A stretch of DNA of 64,000 nt from Candidatus Marinacidobacterales bacterium (GTDB lineage: Bacteria; Acidobacteriota; Vicinamibacteria; Marinacidobacterales; DATDRI01), in assembly GCA_965219415.1 (NCBI GenBank), contig CBDCNP010000002.1, positions 2,848,001 to 2,912,000 of the forward strand, written 5' to 3'. The notes beneath the pieces are model-generated. The model did not search any database. It saw nothing but the letters and a program-made list of their open reading frames with translations, and was not told the origin of the DNA. Position numbers and translations under genes: made by a program. Below are positions 61,720 to 64,000 of the stretch, one piece after another; positions within the stretch are counted from its first letter, which is position 1; each line of letters begins with the position of its first letter.

Positions 61720-64000
61720 TACAAGCGCTCCTGGCGGATACGGGAGCCTTCGGCGTGCTTCTCGACGCGGATAGTGGCCGGCAGTCGCTCGGTCAGCTCG
61801 GGAATGTGAGTGATGATGCCGACCATGCGACCTCCGACATGTAGAGACTCGATGGCGCTGGCCACGGTGTCTAATGTCTCGGGATCGAGAGTCCCGAAAC
61901 CTTCGTCGATGAAGAGACTATCCAAATTCACCGCGCCCGCGGCGCGTTGTATTTGCTCGCTGAGCTCGAGTGCCAAAGCCAGCGAAGCGAGAAAAGTTTC
62001 GCCGCCGCTGAGCGTGTCGGCGCTTCTTCGCTCGCGGGCGTTGTCGTGGTCGAGCACGTGGAAGGCGTCTTGCTGATACTCCAAGGAGTAGCGTCCGCTC
62101 AACTTCTCGAGCCGCAGCGAGGCCCCGCCAACCAACTCTCGAAAGGCTTCCTCGAGCAAATACGCCTGGAAGTTCTCGCTTCGGAGATCCGTTGCAAGCC
62201 GCTGATAGACGGAAAATTCTTGTTGCAGGCTCTTTTTTTGGGCCGAGAGCTCGGCGGCTCTCTCCATTCGGCGCTCGATCTCTTTGGCCTGCTGCTCGAG
62301 CTCTGCCTTTTTTTTATGCCGTCCTCGTAATCGAGACGCTTGAGTACCGCTTCCTCCTCCGCGTGTCGCTGGGCCTGGTCGGTGACCGCCTCACCCCCGA
62401 GCTCCGTCTCGAGCTCCGACACTCTTTGCTCGGTCGTATGGCGCTCTTGACGATAGGTCTGGATCTCTTCTTGCAGACGATTCAACTCTGCGGCCGGGAG
62501 AGCAGCCCCACGAATCGCTTCCCTCTTGATCCTCGCGGACTGGAGTGCTCCTTCGACCTTCCTCTGAGCCTCCAGCAAGGCTCGGGTGGATACCTGTGCG
62601 GAACGCTCCGCCTCCTCGAGCGCCTTTCTAGCGGATGAAAACTCCGCCCCGGTCTTTCGCTCGGCTTGCTCCGCCGCCTTGCGGTTGCGCTCGATTCGTG
62701 TTTTCTCTTCAGCGAGTCGAGCACGCTCCTCCGCCGGATCCGAATCCCCGGCAACCTTGGTAATCTTTTCGTCGAGCCCGACGAGCTCCTCTCCCGCTTC
62801 CATAGCCCGCGATGCAGCGTCCCCCATTTGCTGCTCGAAACTTCGCGACTCCTCAGTCACCCTTTCGAGAGCGCTCCGTGTCTTCAGAAGCTCCTTCTCC
62901 GCTTTTTCCTGCTCCCTCGTCGCCAGTTGATAAATCTCGCGCGCTTTCGCAACCCGGCTGACCGCGGAAAGGATTCGGTCTTCTACATGGTCGCCTCGAT
63001 CGCCGACAGTTCCCTCACCGACTTTCTTCTGAAGGGCGCGTTCGGCACGCTCGATCGCGCTCTGCAGTCTGGAACACCTCTTGCTGGCCTTGGCGCGCTC
63101 TTTCTCGGACGCCCGTGCGGCGGCACGTACTTCCGCCTCCGCTTTGGCCCCCTCTTCGAGAAGGGAGCGCGCCTCCGCCTCGGCGCGAAGCGCCTCGTCC
63201 AATCGTGACGCGGTGTCGTCTAAGAGCGCCACCCGGATCGCCGGAGGAAGCTTCGACACCGGTTGCTCACAGACGGGGCATCTCTTTCCTTTGCCGAGCT
63301 CACCGCGAAGATGGGCGGCCGCATGTTTCGCTTCCGCCTTCCGACGCTCGGTTTCGATCTTCTCCGAGCTCGCTCGCATTTGTGGAGCGATTGGCGCAAT
63401 TTATCCAATGCGGCCTCTTGTTTCGACGCGCTTTCTTGTGCGCGAGCGGCGCGCTCTTCGGTTTCTTCCACTTCTGCCAAACCTTGCCGGGCCGTCCTAC
63501 GGTCAACAGCAAGCGAGGCGGCCTCGTCACGAGCGGCATCTAGTCGTCGATCCAGGTCCTGGTCATAGCCCGAGGCCTCGCGCTTCTTGTTAGCAACTTC
63601 CACGTCGCTCTCAAACGTGTCTACCCGCGGGCGGAGTCGTGTCCGGTCTTTGTCGGCCCGGTGGACCTCCTGCTGCAGTTTCTCCTGCTGCCCGCGGGCC
63701 TCGTCTCTTCGGCGCCGAGCGGCCTCTCTCGGAGCGAGAAGGCCTTTGAGCTCGTCGAGGGCTCGGATTTTCTCTTGCAACCCGGGCAGCTCTTCTGCGT
63801 GTCGAACCGCCTCTGCAAGCTTCTCGCTCGCCCCTTGGTGCGCTTGGCGAATCTCACCGAGCTCCGTACTCGCCTCGAGGGCCCGCTTGCGGTCTTCTTC
63901 CGCCCGCCCTTCGCTCGCTGCCGCGGCATCCAGGAGCGGAACCAGCGGTGCGACCTCCCTAGCCGCGGCCAGCTTGTTTTCATCGGACCCAATTTTCGAT
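61719..64000 (-). CDS. sbcC: SbcC/Rad50-type SMC ATPase, 3' part (several frameshifts; runs off right edge)
   Basis: CPVC zinc hook, coiled coil, LSGGETF signature, FIDEGFGTLD, GIITH. Confidence 0.88.

Noticed and set aside
61719-64000. Novel SMC-based defence system
   Set aside because: Visible motifs fit ordinary SbcC, and the upstream partner is outside the window

Overview
GC-rich bacterial chromosome segment, most likely Acidobacteriota and Vicinamibacteria-like. This is inferred from an ADOP-type permease, dprA-topA-trmFO-xerC synteny and GGGGTGGGGCCCC intergenic repeats. The left half (1-29 kb) is mostly housekeeping and envelope genes: lpxC end, ECF sigma/STAS operon, comF, LapA-LapB fusion, a sensor-less sigma-54 activator, rsfS-nadD-obgE-rpmA-rplU, a TPR/lipoprotein/metallopeptidase-propeller-Omp85 operon, dprA-topA-trmFO-xerC, a TPR Ser/Thr kinase, galU, serS and an EAL protein. 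An accessory block (29.6-47.4 kb) is bounded by IS256+ISL3 on the left and a truncated IS5/IS903-group element on the right, with deletion-type junctions at both ends. Its core is the most striking feature: a head-to-tail array of six intact, secreted, paralogous binuclear amidohydrolases. They share metal ligands but differ in substrate-loop segments and show mosaic ancestry. The right part holds a DUF4388 protein, plsC, CarD with a basic AT-hook-like tail, tRNA-Leu(CAA), an orphan PilW-like pilin, an RND pump, an AlkP-superfamily enzyme, a molybdopterin oxidoreductase, a methyltransferase and partial sbcC. About a dozen small frameshifts in conserved genes, several in homopolymers, look like long-read assembly errors, so single-residue claims need caution. 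All family assignments are from motif recognition by eye; no database search was run.
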